Positions 9,832-21,836 of a stretch of DNA of 64,000 bases are shown piece by piece. The position numbers and the translations under genes are program-made. How positions within the stretch are numbered: the first letter of the stretch is position 1; each line of letters begins with the position of its first letter. The stretch is from positions 36,208,001-36,272,000 of the forward strand of contig NC_059431.1 of assembly GCF_021028975.2 (NCBI RefSeq), given 5' to 3'. The DNA is from Sphaerodactylus townsendi (taxonomy: Eukaryota). The notes under the pieces are model-generated. The model saw nothing but the letters and a program-made list of their open reading frames with translations. It was not told the origin of the DNA and did no database searches.

Positions 9832-12800
9832 ACAAGTCATGCATGAAATGACCATGTACTTTAGCATCTGCAAAGTCTTTCTTGTCTTCTCTCCCAAAAG
9901 ATGCTTCCAAAACAAAAAGCAGATACATTATAATGTGGATTATGTATACAGGTGATGGGTTAAAAAATATTTGTTTTTGTTTTAAATGTATGAATTAAAC
10001 TTAACAACAGAATAGATTTGGGCAATACCTGTTGCACTTCCTCAGTGCACAATATTTTTGGTAATTGTTTCTCACAACAAAACCTTAAAGTTAGTTTTAT
10101 ATATAATTTCCTTTGCAGGACAAAAACCAGCAGGCTGTTGATTCATTATTTATTTAGGGGTGGGTTTTTTCCCCCTCAGAAACAAAGTCCAAAATGAAAT
10201 AAGTTTATGAGACCCCACTCCCCCTGCAAGATAACCTTCCACTTTACTTTACAGTTTCTACAGTTTTATTTTGTAAATTTAAACCAGCCTCTGATATAAG
10301 CAGGAGTCTTGTGGCACCGTAAAAAAGAAAAGATTTTTTATTTTAGCATAACAGTCCACGGACAGGAGCCTACTTCATCAAGAGCTTCACTTGATAGACA
10401 GAGACTTGTGGTCAGTTATGAAGAAAACAATTGTAAACAGCAGTGTTGTTACATGAAATGCAGGAACAACTAGGTAAACTTAAAATGTAATCAAGAGAAG
10501 TATATAGATTCTTTACAGTAACAATAAAAAATAACACAATTTTCATCATTTTGCAGTCTCATTAACTCCTTAGGTCCTTGTTCAGTTCTCAGGAGATGTT
10601 ACTAAACTTCATGACCAGTTGGATGGCTGTCAAAACTGCTTCCCAAACTTCAATAGGAATGATCTATTCTCATCCTCTATAGCCCAAGCTGACAACTGGG
10701 CAAGGGGGAGAAGAGCATGGGGATTAATTGAGCTTCTAACGCACAAACGCAAATGCACATGCATTCTCTCTCTCTCTCTCTCTTTCAGGCTGGGAGATCA
10801 GTAGAACTTGACTTCCAGCTGATCCCTACAATCAGCTGAGAGTCAGCTCATGATTCCCTCCTAAGTAGTCTTCTGAGTATACAGCACGATTTGTACCTGT
10901 CCATCCTGACTTTCAGAAAGAATGGATTTTGACTGCTGGAGGATTTCAGCTGGAAGGGTAATATCTGATAATTTGAACCAATGCTATTATTGGTCAATCA
11001 TGGGCAAGGTATCTGCTGAGTGATTGGGGTGGGTCGGTGAATGTCTGGCACAGCAAGATTTCTTGTATGGATGTATTTCCTAGAGACCCGCTTTCACTTT
11101 CCATTCTTTCCATGGCAAGTAAGACCACTTCTAGCATGACTTTTAATTTGTTTCTTGTGCAGATTTGCCAGTGAGCACAGCTTTGCCCCAGACATCTTTC
11201 CTTTGCCCATGGCCAGGCTACCTAGCTTCACCCTGATGTCCTTGTCTTTCCCCTCGCCCCACCTCTTCCATGTTGCTGGCTCCTTCCTGTTTTTCTATGT
11301 GCTCATATCGAGATATTGATATAATAATGGAGAAGTTTTTTCCAAAGCACAGTATAAGCAGCGTCTCTTTTGGGCTTCACTCCACCTCTCCACTGTACTT
11401 CCACCCTTCTCAATGATTGGGAGGGCATTTTAAAACTTATTTCACAGAAACCTCTATTTTAAACCAAGTCTCTCTCTTCTCCTGCAGCACAGACAGACAG
11501 ACAGAGATAGGGAGGTGGGAGGGGGTAGAATATTTACTATAGCACATGGTCCCTCTCTTCAGCAGCATATTGCCCAGGAAATTGCTTGGCCTCTTTCATT
11601 TGTGTGTGTGGGGGGATTATTTTTGGGATTATGGAAGGACTACTATATCTATATAACTGCCATAACAGATATATCAATATAACAGCAATTTAAAGAGCTT
11701 TAACAAAGACAGCAATCTTGAGACCTGTGCCTTTAAGGCTAACTTGGTGGGTGGAGTTAAGAGAACCAGGGAAAGGAGAAGCCTGGCAGACTTCAGCAAG
11801 TAGCAGCAGGGTGGATACTGGGCTCCCTCCTCATGTGTAAGGAGAGAAACAAGGAGACCACACTAGAGCCCCAAGGTAAGTGTTCCATGTATTTTGTGTA
11901 GTATCACTCACTGTTTGTAGTATCACTCACTAATCTCTTCAGAAATATTTTTACACAATTTTAATAAATCACAAAGTATATCATGTGATGTTTTGTCTTC
12001 AGGTGGCTTCAATCTAACTCTTACCAGGGTCATTGTTTTGTGAAACTCACTCTGCAAGTGGTCTACCTTGCAGGGGTGACTTTCTTGGCTTTAATCCAAG
12101 GAATGTTTGAATCTTGTCCCTTGGCTTCTGGCTGTTTGAGTAGTGAAAAGTGGCAGGTGGCAGCTCCTAAGAATGAGGTGTAAGGATATGTACCCCAGGG
12201 ATTTTGGTAGTGTTGTGTACTGATGGCCCATCCCCCAAACCCTTTAGCTTAGAAGTTCTTTGACACCCAGTGCTAATGCATTGCTGTTGTCACATTCCTT
12301 GACCCTGAATTGCAATTGTTACATTCCTTGGCCTTTGTCTTGGTGCTCTAGACTCCAAACATTACAGCACCATTTGTTCATCATAATTAATATTAAGTGC
12401 TTTTAGAGATTTCTTGGAAATAATTTGGCCATGCGTGAAAGTGCAGGAAATGAACTTTTGTTTAAAGACGGCTCTAATGAAGATTAACTCCCCCCCCTGC
12501 AAATTAGTTCAAAACCATAGCAAAGGCTTCTGTATCCTAATATGTTCTCAGAAATAATTCGTTTTTAGAGAAACCTTTAAATTGGGGGGGGGGGGGCAGT
12601 CACCAAACATTTTGTTTGAAAGCTACATCTAAGAAATGACAAATATCCTGTTACTCCCATGCCCATTACGTTACCTAGTTTTGTCTTGAAAAGAGAATAT
12701 ACACTAGGATGAATCGATCAGTGCAATATTGTTTGATGATCAGTGCAATACTTTTCCCAGGGGTTGGCAGTGATGGGCAAGCAGCCCTACTCAGACGAAG

Positions 12801-13908
12801 GTTTTGCTTTTTCCCACATTTGCTCAGACTTTCGTTTATCATATAGGACGTTCCCCAAGTCTGAAGAAACATCTGTTTTGCATAAGGGTGTCCCCTATCT
12901 GTGGATTTAACTATCTGCAGATAGGGAACACAATTCGGAATTAGGTATATAGATGCTAATTTAGCCCTATTTCCCCAAACAAAACATATGAACAAACTAG
13001 TCCAATATTACATTTTCCTTAAATATTATACATATTCCATTTTTATCCCATTTCTGGCTGATCCTGCCAATGGAACATAACCTGCTTCTAGCCTCCATTA
13101 GGCAGGGTCAGCAGGGGTATCTTATGCCCCAACATCCGAGGATCGACAATGGCTCTTCCGGGGCCCTGCCAGTGCCCAACCATGCCAGCCTCCGTTGCTG
13201 GCCTCAGAGCTCAGGGAACTTATGACACTGCCCCATCTTGCTTCTCTTTGTTATTGCACATACATAAAGATGTACGGCACAATCAACAGAAATTCTGGCA
13301 ATTACAAGTGACACTATTAACTATAATTCAACATTTATTATCAAATAAATATTTTCATAGTACATGATGCAATGTTAGTCTCCAAACGAGATTCATGTGT
13401 TGTAGTTTAAATGCCGTTATTTTGAGAATTAACTGTACTAAAAGTTATTTCACAAGCCCGCATTACTCCTTTTTTGAAGGTTCTGATCAAGATGGCTAGA
13501 ATTTCGTATGAGTAAGTTTTGCAGCTGTTAACAAGTTTAGTACTATTAGTATTATCTATATATATAAAAAGCTAACCGTGTATGTGTTGATGACAGGGTA
13601 CCTCAGTAACTGCTGGGCCAATTCCTCTGAAAATTCCCAGCCACTATAGTCAGTCATGCGAGAGTGTTTTCAGATGTTCACATACCTGAAATTTCATACC
13701 TGGCCCAGGTAAAAACGCCTTTTTCCTGGCGCTCCCTGGTGAAGGACATGCCTGTGTATAACTGTCACTTTTAGAATGTTCGTGCTGCTTAGAATGTTCA
13801 CTCAGACGGCCAGATATGAGCAGTGAAAACAGCACATAGGCAGTCACTCGAGTGGAAGTGAAACACATACACACACATACACATGAGGGAGAGGGAAGGA
13901 AGGGAGAA

Positions 13909-14206
13909 GGAGGAGGAGGAGGAGGAGTTTGGATTTATATCCCCCTTTCTCTCCTGCAGGAGACTCAAAGGTGCTTACAATCTCCTTGCCCTTCCCCCCT
14001 CACAACAAACACCCTGTGAGGTAGGTGGGGCTGAGAGAGCTCTGAGAAGCTGAGACTAGCCCAAGGTCACCCAGCTGGCATGTGTGGGAGTGTACAGGCT
14101 AATCTGAATTCCCCAGATAAGCCTCCACAGCTCAGGCGGCAGAACGGAGAATCAAACCCGGTTCCTCCAGATTAGATACACGAGCTCTTAACCTCCACTG
14201 CCACTG
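13909..14206 (-). mobile_element. tRNA/CORE SINE (Squam3-like) nested in Helitron B, (CTC)n tail
   Basis: Reverse complement of the SINE at 3225. Confidence 0.85.
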
Positions 14207-14223
14207 AGAGGGAGGGGTGGCAT

Positions 14224-14619
14224 CAGAGATGGGATCCAGCAGGTTCTCACAGGTTCCCGAGAGTAGGTTACTAATTATTTGTGTGTGCCGAGAGGGGGTT
14301 ACTAATTGGAGCTTTTGCCACGTGAATTGTGCCCTAGTTATGCCACTCCTATCAGAAGTAGCGCGCCGAAATTGGAGCAGTCTAGCAGGGCGTGCACCGG
14401 TGTCCTTGGCAGCCCGCGCCTGCATGCATCTCGTTTCCCACCCAAGGACCGGCGCAGCGGCTGTGTCCTTGCCACAGTCCTGCCCAGGAATGCCCCGCCT
14501 CTGAATATCCAGCCACGCCCCTGTCAGGTCTCCTCCGCCCAGCCCCATTGGTGCTACGCCACAGTTTGAATCCCATCACCATGGGAATCTGTTACTAAAA
14601 TTTTTGGATCCCACCACTG
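14224..14619. mobile_element. hAT MITE nested in Helitron B
   Basis: TIR cagagatgggatcca / tggatcccaccactg (13/15). Perfect 8-bp TSD ggtggcat (14216-14223 / 14620-14627). Confidence 0.85.
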
Positions 14620-15015
14620 GGTGGCATGCAAGGGAAGAGAAGGAGGGAGAGGAAAGGGATGGTGGGGGAGGCATGCAAGGGAAGAGAGAGGGGAGACAGT
14701 GTGGGGTGGCATGCAAGGGAGGGGAGGCAGGGGGCCCAACATCTTGATAGGACCCACCCACCCTAGCGGAGGGAAAGGGAAGGGAGGGAGGGGGAGGGGT
14801 GGCATGCAAGGGAAGAGAAGTGAGGGAGGGAAGAGAGTGAGGGGTGGCATGCAAAGGAGGGGAGGCAGGGGGCCCAGCATCTTGATATGATCCACCCACC
14901 CTAGCGGAGGGAAAGGGAAGGGAGGGAGGGAGGGGGAGGGGTGGCATGCAAGGGAAGAGAAGGGAGGGAGGGAAGAGAGTGAGGGGTGACATGCAAGGGA
15001 TGGGAGGGAGGGGCC
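14620..15015. repeat. Purine/G-rich minisatellite (ggggtggcatgcaaggga... units; ~140-bp higher-order duplication)
   Basis: Repeated ggtggcatgcaagggaagaga. The block catcttgata...acccaccctagcggagggaaagggaag occurs twice. Confidence 0.85.
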
Positions 15016-16724
15016 AGGCACCCTAGATTCCCTGAATCTAGGGTGCCTGAATACTGCAGTTACAGTTAAGAAAACCAGGCACGCATTACTCAGGAGTAAG
15101 CTCAGTACAGCCACCATGACATACTTTGAATGGCTGCGTTGCGCCCCTCAGAGGGTTTCCTCAGAAGCGACACCCATTGCCACCAACCAAACTTACTCCC
15201 AGGTAAAGGATCATGACCAGCCAGCCTAGATGTGTGGGAGGGGTGCCTTTCCATCCCCCCCCCAAGGAATGTGGGCACACACATCACTGACATCGCACAG
15301 TATCAGGCTGCGTGTTTGCATGAGCATGTACTGCTGGCCTCTGCAATTGATTTGCTGCTACTGTTCCTTTCCCATTTCACCACAATAAGCCACAGCAACG
15401 CGTGGCTGGGCCACGCTAGTACTGATATAATTTTGTATTGTACTGTTCATTCTGGGTATATGACATATTTTACATGATACTACCCAGCTTTTATTTTCAT
15501 AACATTCTTTCAAGGTAGTGACTGTGTAAAGGTAACTCAGTCACCGAGGAGTTTATTTTAACAAGGTCTCCCTGGGCAAAGTCTAACTCATGAAGTCATA
15601 CTGTCTCTTCTTATCCGCGAACCTCATTTGGAATTTTGCAGAGGTTTTCAACTCTGGAGGTCTTTGTTACACTAGTGAGTAGGGCAGAATGAGCCCATGT
15701 TCCTATTTGTAGGTAAAATGAGACAGGACTAGCTGATCGAATGTAAATGTTTAACCTTTATAGCTTCCCCCAAATGAAACTACATTTACCAATTATAAAC
15801 TTTCAGTTACAACTTCCTTATCTATATTACAGCTGGTTCTGTGATAGTTCCTTGCCAATGAACACTCTGACCTCATGAGATAATGGGGATTTGAACCTGT
15901 GCCTGACCACATTCAGACTGAAAACATTACCCACTGTACCATACTATCCTCCCATTGCAGCTTCCAGTGTTGACTGCAAAAGTGGCTTCAGTTGACAGCA
16001 TAATTGTGGCTTTCTGTTAGTAATGTTCCTGCCTTTTTTAGTCACTGTTTCCTCTATATCATCTTTCTATTTCTTTGAAGAGTTTTCTAGACAGTTGATG
16101 CCATGGCAGCCTCTAGTGGCCCTCGGGCAAAATTGCAGCTGTGCCAGATGAAATCAAGCCTGAACTCACCTGAGAAGCTAAATGGCTAATGTAGGACTAT
16201 CATACTTTGGTCACATAATGTGTTCAATTGATTAATATCTCACCATCCTTCCCAATGGAGACCCAAACTGGTTTATGCCATTTTCGTCTCCTCCATTTGT
16301 TGCAGCTAGTCTGGGGGGTGGGGGTCAAAGGAACACATCATTGCAATGTCACTGTTGCCAGGTGTGATTTTGATGCACAATAATTGGTTTGATGCTTCAG
16401 TGGTCATATTCAAATGCATGTCATACACAACATTATGTGGATCCTCAACTATATTGTTTCCATGTTCTTTTACCAACCCCTCCCCCCCCAATGGATTCTT
16501 CAACTAGGTTTTAAAAACTATACTATACAAATTTAGTGTTTGTAAAGAAAATATAGGGCTGGCACCAAAGCAGCTAGGTCAGGGCATTTAAATTTATGGT
16601 TCATGTGCAGTGATTGTGCCACATCCTTGTTTACCAGGGTCTCACCAATACTGTATAATACACTTACTTAGGTTTTGTTATGCGCACTGGCTGAAACAAA
16701 ATCTTGTTTGATGACACTCTAGGG

Positions 16725-16855
16725 CGTAATTCAGCGATATTCTATCTCCTATCAGCTATGGACTGTTCCATCAGCCTCAGCATTGGCCATTCTGGTGGGG
16801 GCTGATGGGAATTGTAGTCCATAACATCTGGAGTGCCAAAGGTTCGCCACCACTG
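16725..16855. mobile_element. Same MITE family as 6992, left arm scrambled
   Basis: Right arm nearly identical to 7094-7151. TSD ctctaggg intact (16717-16724 / 16856-16863). Confidence 0.75.
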
Positions 16856-17717
16856 CTCTAGGGTCATTTCGGCATGGCACAATTATACTGGGTTACAATC
16901 GGTATCTTACAAGCTGGGTCTATTTTATCCCGGTTTCGCCCTTTGCATGGCTGCCCGTTTCTGTGAAGGAATCGAGTGAAGACTGGGAAAACATAACTCC
17001 AGTTTGTTTCGCACGAACACATGCACAAACATCCTTGTTACCCTGCATTCTGATTAGCTGTTGCTTTTGGGTGGCAGCTTGAATGAACATCTCCGCTCTG
17101 CCTTTTGAATTGCTGGCCCACAAAAAGGCTGTGCTTCTCATTGGTCAACCCACAGCGAGTGGGGGAAAATGAACCTCCCACTTTTCCAGTTCTGGAGAGG
17201 GCCCAGTGCGGGCTTCAGCACGGCAAGTGGCAGCAAAAAACAATGGGGTACAGCATCACATCACATTCCCACTCGCATTCTTATATTTTTGTGGAAAACG
17301 AGAGACTCCCCTCCCCCCATGGTATGCCCACTAACATTTGACCCAAAATACACATCTCCCTAGCTGTGTGCTCCAAGCAACAGTACATGTACAGAAAAGA
17401 AAAAGGGGACATTTTGGGACTCCACTTCTGATTAACCCAAGCAAAATGGCACCCGGTCGATACTATGAGCCGAAAATGTGCTTGGGGGAACATTTTGGGA
17501 AGGGGGGGGCTGCAACAGTCGGCGGCTCAGCAGAGTTGAAAACTGACATGACGTCAGTAGGGAGATCAGGGGGGTGGGCAGTGGGGCGGGGAGATCAGGT
17601 GGCTGGGCATGAAAAATAAACTGGTTCTGCTCCCATGGTGTTTGCACAGTAGTGGGTTCAATGCGGGATTTTTAAAAAGAATCTCCAAATTGGTGATTTT
17701 TGAAAATCCCGAGATGA

Positions 17718-18062
17718 ACACAGTACTCTCGGTGCGGTCTGACCAATGCAGAGTATAGTGGTACAATTCCTTCCCTCGATCTAGACACTATACTCTTATT
17801 GATACACCCCAGAATTGCATTGGCTTTCTTGGCTGCCACATCACACTGCTGACTCATGTTCAGTTTGTGGTCTACTAAGACTCCCAGATCCCTTTCGCAT
17901 GTAGCGTTGTCAAGCCAGGTGTCACCATTCTATATCTGTGCATTTCAGTTTTTCTTCCTAAGTGTAGAATTTTACATTTATCTCTGTTGAAATTCATGTT
18001 GCTAGTTTTGGCCCATTTCTCTAATCTGTCCAGATCATTTTGAATTCTGCCCCTGTCCTCCA
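17718..18062 (-). mobile_element. CR1 LINE RT fragment
   Basis: Peptide MSQQCDVAAKKANAILGCINKSIVSRSREGIVPLYSALVRPHREYCV is typical of the CR1 ORF2 C-terminal region. Confidence 0.88.
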
Positions 18063-19288
18063 GAATTCAGTTACCACACGAAACAAGTAAAACTATCCCA
18101 AATATGAATGATTGCTTCACAATACATCGATATTGTCAATTGCAGCTACACTTTGGAATCTTTTGTACTCCCTGTACTAAAATAGTGCAAGTATTGATAC
18201 AGGTTTCACTAAGCCACCAACTTATTCTGCATTCCCTTAACCCACCAACTTATTTATTGTGCAATAAAGCGAGCACACAAACCTCTTCTGGTAGCACTCC
18301 CAAAGTAAATAGTTGAGAAACTCTCATAAAAGATTACAAAGAAGTTTGAGTTACAAACCAGCAAGTGTTTCAAAAATCACGCAATGAGCTGGCTCTACAG
18401 ACGTCTGGAAATGGAAGAGTACTTCTCAGTGTACAAAAGATCTTTGCTGCTTCATCCTTCCTGCTGCAGGCCCACCACATTCCCCACAACAGCAAACCAT
18501 CATGAATAGTGCAGCAGAGTCTGCAGCATGAGGAAGAATCAGCAAGTATCACCCCCCCTCCCATATACCCACCTTTGCTCAAGTGGAATTGCTCTTCCAA
18601 CCCAAGAGTACTCTCTAGTCTGGCAAAGGCAACTTGGGATTCAGTGAACTATCTGGGCTTTATATCATTTATGCCATTACAGTGAAAGAGTAAACATGTA
18701 TGGAAGGTATATGTATGAAATGAAAACTAAGTGCTTTAAAACAGTCACATATACAAAATGACAAACTAGAATGTTTGGCAATATTGGTTTAGAACATCAA
18801 CTTTCTACTATTTCTGTATTAATAGGTCTGTACTTAATGCTTTCAAAATATTATTTTTGAGCAAAAATTTGCTAGGACTGTGCCAATCTGCAGTAGAGTT
18901 CTGTTTTCCTTACTGATCTGGCAGATAGAAAAAGATGTGAGTTTAAGAGTTTTCCCTTCTGTGGGTTAACACCTCCATGATTGGTCTAGGTTTCAAAGAA
19001 GGAATTTTAGGTAAACAAAACTATCAGATTGTCTAAATTGTAGGGTAATAATGCATTATGTATGAATATGCACACAGATTAAAAGTATATAAATTTATTA
19101 TTAGTTTTTAACCAAATGTCCAAAGTAGGAAAATAAAATATAAAACAGTTTTCAACACAGGATAACCAACAAGCAACAACTATATTTTTGGCTAATTCAA
19201 GATAATATTATGTTAAAATGCAAAATATATACATTTTACTTGTAACTGTTGAATTATTTTATGCAAAATGTATTTTGATGTTCACATA

Positions 19289-19519
19289 CCGTGTTTCTCC
19301 GAAAATAAGACAGTGTCTTATATTAATTTTTGTTCCCAAAGATGCGCTATCTCTTATTTTCAGGGGATGTCTTATTTTTCTGTGTTCTGTTTGTTGGGCA
19401 TGCATCCAAACAAAAACTTTGCTACGTCTTACTTTTGGGGATGCCTTATATTTCGCACTTCAGCAAAACCTCTACCACGTCTTATTTTCAGGGGATGTCT
19501 TATATTTGGGGAAACAGGT
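19289..19519. mobile_element. Tc1/mariner (Tc2/pogo-like) MITE
   Basis: TA|ccgtgtttctccgaaaataagac ... gtcttatatttggggaaacaggt|TA, with subterminal repeats cttattttcaggggatg. Confidence 0.8.
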
Positions 19520-20435
19520 TAGAAAGGAACACAGAATGTCAAAGCTCACATTCATTTAGGATTCTTCCCATAACTACAGGTATTCACAAACTAAAACAGA
19601 CTAAAATACTGCTGGTATTTTAACAGTAAACCAGTGCAGGAAAAACAATGTCATCACATAATTATTGTCAGAGAATTAATGTCAAAAAGGCAGTAATACA
19701 ATATGTGAAAAAAGATCAAGTGCTATAAGCACCAACTATAGAAGAAACAGTTATTTCTTTTCAATTTTCAGGTGGCTGTTTATGATTTTGGATTTTTAAA
19801 AAAAATCTAGGCATTTTATACTGAATCAGACCTTTGGTCTATCCAGCTTGTACTATATACTTTTGTCTTGAGATTCTCTAACAGAGATGCCAGGCACTAA
19901 AGACAAGGCTTCCTTCCTGTCGCCAAGCCACAGACCCTCCCCTTTTTCTTCTCCTATTTGCTGAGCATCATTATCATCATTACTATCTATGACTCTCATG
20001 ACCAAATTGGTGGATTCTGAAATCTGGAAACTGATATGACAGATCTTGCTACAAACCTGCAAAAAAGCTCTAGGTTTGCAGAAAAATCTGAAACAAAACA
20101 CTGTGCGGTGAAAGTGGGATATATAGGAAGTAAATAAATAATGTAGCAGATAATGGCAGAAAGATAAAAATGTTCATTGATGGGTGGGTGCTTGGGAAGG
20201 AATAAAGAAGCACGAAAAGGAGGATTTGGAAGTTGCCATGAGGAGGGGATTGGGATATATGGGGGAAAGTGAGATGCCCTCTGCAAATCCTTGTGGATTC
20301 CCTAATAAGCTTAGCTCAGCCCAGCCCAGTGACTGGAACTGTTCATACTCTGCCCAGGGATGAGCTTCTGGGGAAGGGAATGCTAAAAAATGTTGTACAA
20401 ACCAAAGTGCACAAGATATACATTTGTCCCTAGAG

Positions 20436-20615
20436 CAGTGGTTCTCTGTGGGTTGGGACCCCTTTGGGGGTCGAACGACCCTTTCACAGGGGTCGCCTAA
20501 GACTCTGCATCAGTGTTCTCCATCTGTAAAATGGATAAATGTTAGGGTTGGGGGTCACCACAACATGAGGGACTGTATTAAAGGATTGCGGCATTAGGAA
20601 GGTTGAGAACCACTG
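20436..20615 (-). mobile_element. SPIN-type (URR1-like) hAT MITE
   Basis: TIR cagtggttctc / gagaaccactg and perfect TSD ccctagag. Ends match 32343-32524 and my recollection of the SPIN/URR1 consensus. Confidence 0.85.
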
Positions 20616-20625
20616 CCCTAGAGGA

Positions 20626-21836
20626 TCATGTCAGTAGCTTCCTGTAGACACTATTACCAAGTGTACTGGTGCATGTATCTCTTCGACTGGTCCTGATCAC
20701 TGACTGGCCACTGATGCTGCTACTGCAGGGCTCGGAGCTCTGTTTACCACACAGCAAACTTCTAAGTTGTTGCTGACATTCAGACGAAGCATAGTAGTAG
20801 ATCAAAGGATCAATGCAACAATTTATGCTGCTAATACAGACGCAGAGCAGGTAAGCAAAATAGATATTTTCCAAGTAGTTGTTGTAAGAGAAATGTATGT
20901 AATGGATTAATAACAGAATATTTGTGGGACCAAAACATATAATAAAAACAGAAAACACAGATATAGACAAGAGTACAGCTCGGGTCTTTTTACTCTGCTT
21001 TGCAACGATATCAGAAGACTTCAGACATTGGATGATGCACACATAGCAGACAGAAGAAATGACAAATGGCACCAAAAAGAAAAGTGAAGAAAAAATGGTG
21101 AAAAAATGTAAGTAATACCCTTTAAGATCGAGTTCATCCAACACATCATGACAGGTTGTAATGTTCAAGTGACGTATTCTCTTTGTTTGTTCTGTGATAA
21201 GCAGGGGTACAACCCCAGCTATGGCTATAACCCAGATGGTAAAGCACACCATAGAAGCACGCCCCAGAGTGCGCCATGACAAAGCTTGCATTGGATACAC
21301 CACTGCCAGGAGCCGGTCAATGCTTATTGCTGTCATCAGCATGATGGAACAGTACATGTTGCAGTAAAAGGCAGCAGTGACAAAACGACACATTTCTGGT
21401 CCAAATACCCAGTTGTTTCCAGAGAAATGGTAGGAAATTTTAAAAGGCAGCACGCTTACGAAGAGTACATCTGCAGAAGCCAGGTTCAGCATGTACACAA
21501 CGGCTGGCTTTCTAATCTTCATTTTTACCAGGAACATAAGAATCGCCATTATGTTCAGAGGAAGACTCAGTGTGACTACCAGTGTGTAGACTGAAGGAAC
21601 AAAAAGAGTTAGCCACGGACTAGTCAGGTATTGCTCAGCATCTCTGGAAATATGTTTAGGAAACTTCTTCTGCATTGCTCTAATGATCGTACTTTGATTT
21701 ATGGATCCTGATCCAACATCTGATTCATTTTCAGTGTCTGAGTCTGTGTACTCCAATGGGAATCTTTCAATTGTTTCATCGCTTGAAGAATAGACAAATG
21801 TTCTTGGTCCAAGACTGTTATTCGTGGGAATAAATC
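20626..21836 (-). CDS. F2R: F2R/PAR1 exon 2 (thrombin receptor, 7TM GPCR); spliced protein 431 aa
   Basis: Acceptor ttcttgatttcttAG at 21838-21837. Motifs: LGPR|TFVY cleavage site, PAVVYMLNLASAD, FYCNMYCS, NITTCHDV, CCIDPLIYYYASSECQ, terminal YRKLLT. Position just downstream of IQGAP2 matches mammalian synteny. Confidence 0.97.

Larger units (their letters stand above)
13555..15419 (+). mobile_element. Non-autonomous Helitron B
   Basis: A|TCTATATATATAAAAAGCTAACC ... GCCACAGCAACGCGTGGC TGGGCCACGCTAG|T. The 5' ~320 bp is homologous to Helitron A. Confidence 0.88.

Noticed and set aside
10300-10680. Possible second, old Penelope-like fragment with hammerhead remnant (similar hint near 25400-25450)
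   Set aside because: Too degenerate to support by eye; core boxes not intact.
14132-15117. Pro- and Gly-rich ORFs up to 187 aa
   Set aside because: Translations of a SINE, a MITE and the G-rich minisatellite.
18250-19100. F2R polyadenylation site
   Set aside because: Several AATAAA candidates on the minus strand (e.g. 19094-19099, ~18253) in AT-rich DNA; cannot choose without transcript data.
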